Virus record (IMG/VR): IMGVR_UViG_3300025659_000005
Source of the DNA: an uncultured virus (IMG/VR IMGVR_UViG_3300025659_000005)
Lineage: Duplodnaviria > Heunggongvirae > Uroviricota > Caudoviricetes
DNA: 64,000 bases
Direction: 5' to 3' (one strand)
Within the stretch, counting starts at the first letter, position 1, and every line of letters begins with the position of its first letter. Shown piece after piece: positions 62,633 through 64,000 of the stretch. The position numbers were made by a program, and so were the translations under genes. The notes beneath the pieces were generated by a model, which ran no database searches, was not told where the DNA came from, and saw nothing but the letters and a program-made list of their open reading frames with translations.

Positions 62633-64000
62633 TATTCCTCATAAAACTCGATACGGTTGATTGTTCGCCAATGTGTTTCGTTTGACCATAAATCATATTG
62701 TTTGGAATATTTATAACCATCTTGTCTACACCTTTTAACCGCAATTTTCTTTGTCTTAAAAACAGATAAGGGATAACCATCAGTATAATTTTTTGCTTGC
62801 ACAATTAAATATACATTTTTCATGAATCATCTATCTCCTTTTTAGTACTTATGAATACTGTAAATGTGATGATTTCATCACGTTTAATCATGGTTTCCCC
62901 TGTGTCAAATTTCATTACAAAGAAATCTCCAGATCTTCCAAAGAACCACATATAAAATTTTATCCAAGGTTCTATTTTTATAGTACCTTCCCAAGGTTTA
63001 ACAGTCCATGACATTTTATCACTTGATTTAGTTTGAATTATTAGATTGTTAGTTGATATTTCTTTATATTTAATTGGTTTAGGTAATTCTTTTTTAGATT
63101 CTTCTTTAATTATTTTTTTCTTTTTCCAGAACATATTTTTCTCCTAACGACTCCTACCTATTTCTTTTACGAGAAGATTTACTTATTTTTCGTTTCTTGA
63201 TCTTTTTAAGTTTCTTTTTCTTAGCTTTAATATTTTCTGTTCGTATATCCATAAGTGATAGATCACAATGTAATGGTATAAGATTTTTCATAATTCTTTA
63301 TTACCCTCAGTGTTTATTTACGACTATGTATTTTCTGCCGTTGCTTCCATTCTTCTTTACGCAACCGTTCAAGTAAGGCCCAACTATGCCGTTGTCTTCG
63401 GTCATCTTCTGATTCATCTTCACTAATCAATTCAGTGTATCCTTCTCCCATATCATCATCTGTTATATGCGTGTCTCTATAATTGCTGTCCATCATCCTT
63501 CCTCCTCGGTTTCGTGTTAAACCATATTGTAGATATTTTTATTCACAGTGTAAGATTTTTCATAATTCCTCTCCCTAACAACTACTATCATCAATTTCAA
63601 ATCTTTCACCACAAATTGGACAACGAATATCTAAATGCCACCAAGTATCATTATAACACTCCATTCCAGATCCATATCCTCCAGTACTGGCATAACAATA
63701 GGGATCTGTAATTATTTCATATGTTAGACAAGAACATTTTATCTCTTTTATATTTCTAAATTGAAAATTCCTTCTAATGAATTCATCCCACACATTTTCA
63801 GCATGTGAGTATCCAAGAGAATAACATATATCTTCAGCATCAATACTATTCTCCATATAGTGACATCCTGGTTGATGTGCTTGAATATCTTGTTTCGGTA
63901 CAGATTCATAATATGGTAAATAATTCCATCCACATTTAGGGCAATTAGTATCATTATTAAAATCTATCTGACTGTCACAAATTTTGCAATAATAATAATC

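Noticed and set aside
1..64000. Stop-codon reassignment (TAG or TGA)
   Set aside because: Conserved genes are full length in the standard code, and TAG and TGA end genes at sensible positions.
1..64000. Archaeal virus, suggested by the TATA-like promoter core
   Set aside because: The SLT transglycosylase, bacterial SSB, sigma70-r4 protein and bacterial-type tRNAs point to a bacterial host.

Overview
AT-rich segment of a large myovirus-type bacteriophage; a bacterial host is implied by an SLT transglycosylase, a bacterial SSB, a sigma70-r4 protein and Shine-Dalgarno sites. The + strand (1-13.6 kb) carries virion genes: a prohead protease and the probable major capsid protein, each split by a group I intron (the second holds an HNH endonuclease), then baseplate-like proteins, tail sheath and two tail-tube paralogs. 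The - strand (13.7-64 kb) carries replication, metabolism and many small accessory genes: FolE2, ThyA, a family B polymerase split into two genes 11 kb apart, a small polymerase-like protein, a UDG-like protein, UvrD and UvsW-like helicases, SSB, separated topoisomerase II subunits, clamp loader, primase and two canonical tRNAs. Unexplained structure includes: (i) a ~26-bp repeat at gene junctions that brackets small ORFs like cassettes; (ii) several tRNA-shaped non-coding elements with large insertions, one with a CUA anticodon; (iii) an operon of an SF2 helicase with 8 hypervariable repeats, an MTase-like protein and a radical SAM enzyme; (iv) a 7-copy non-sigma70 promoter-like motif. All calls come from reading the sequence by eye; no searches were run.
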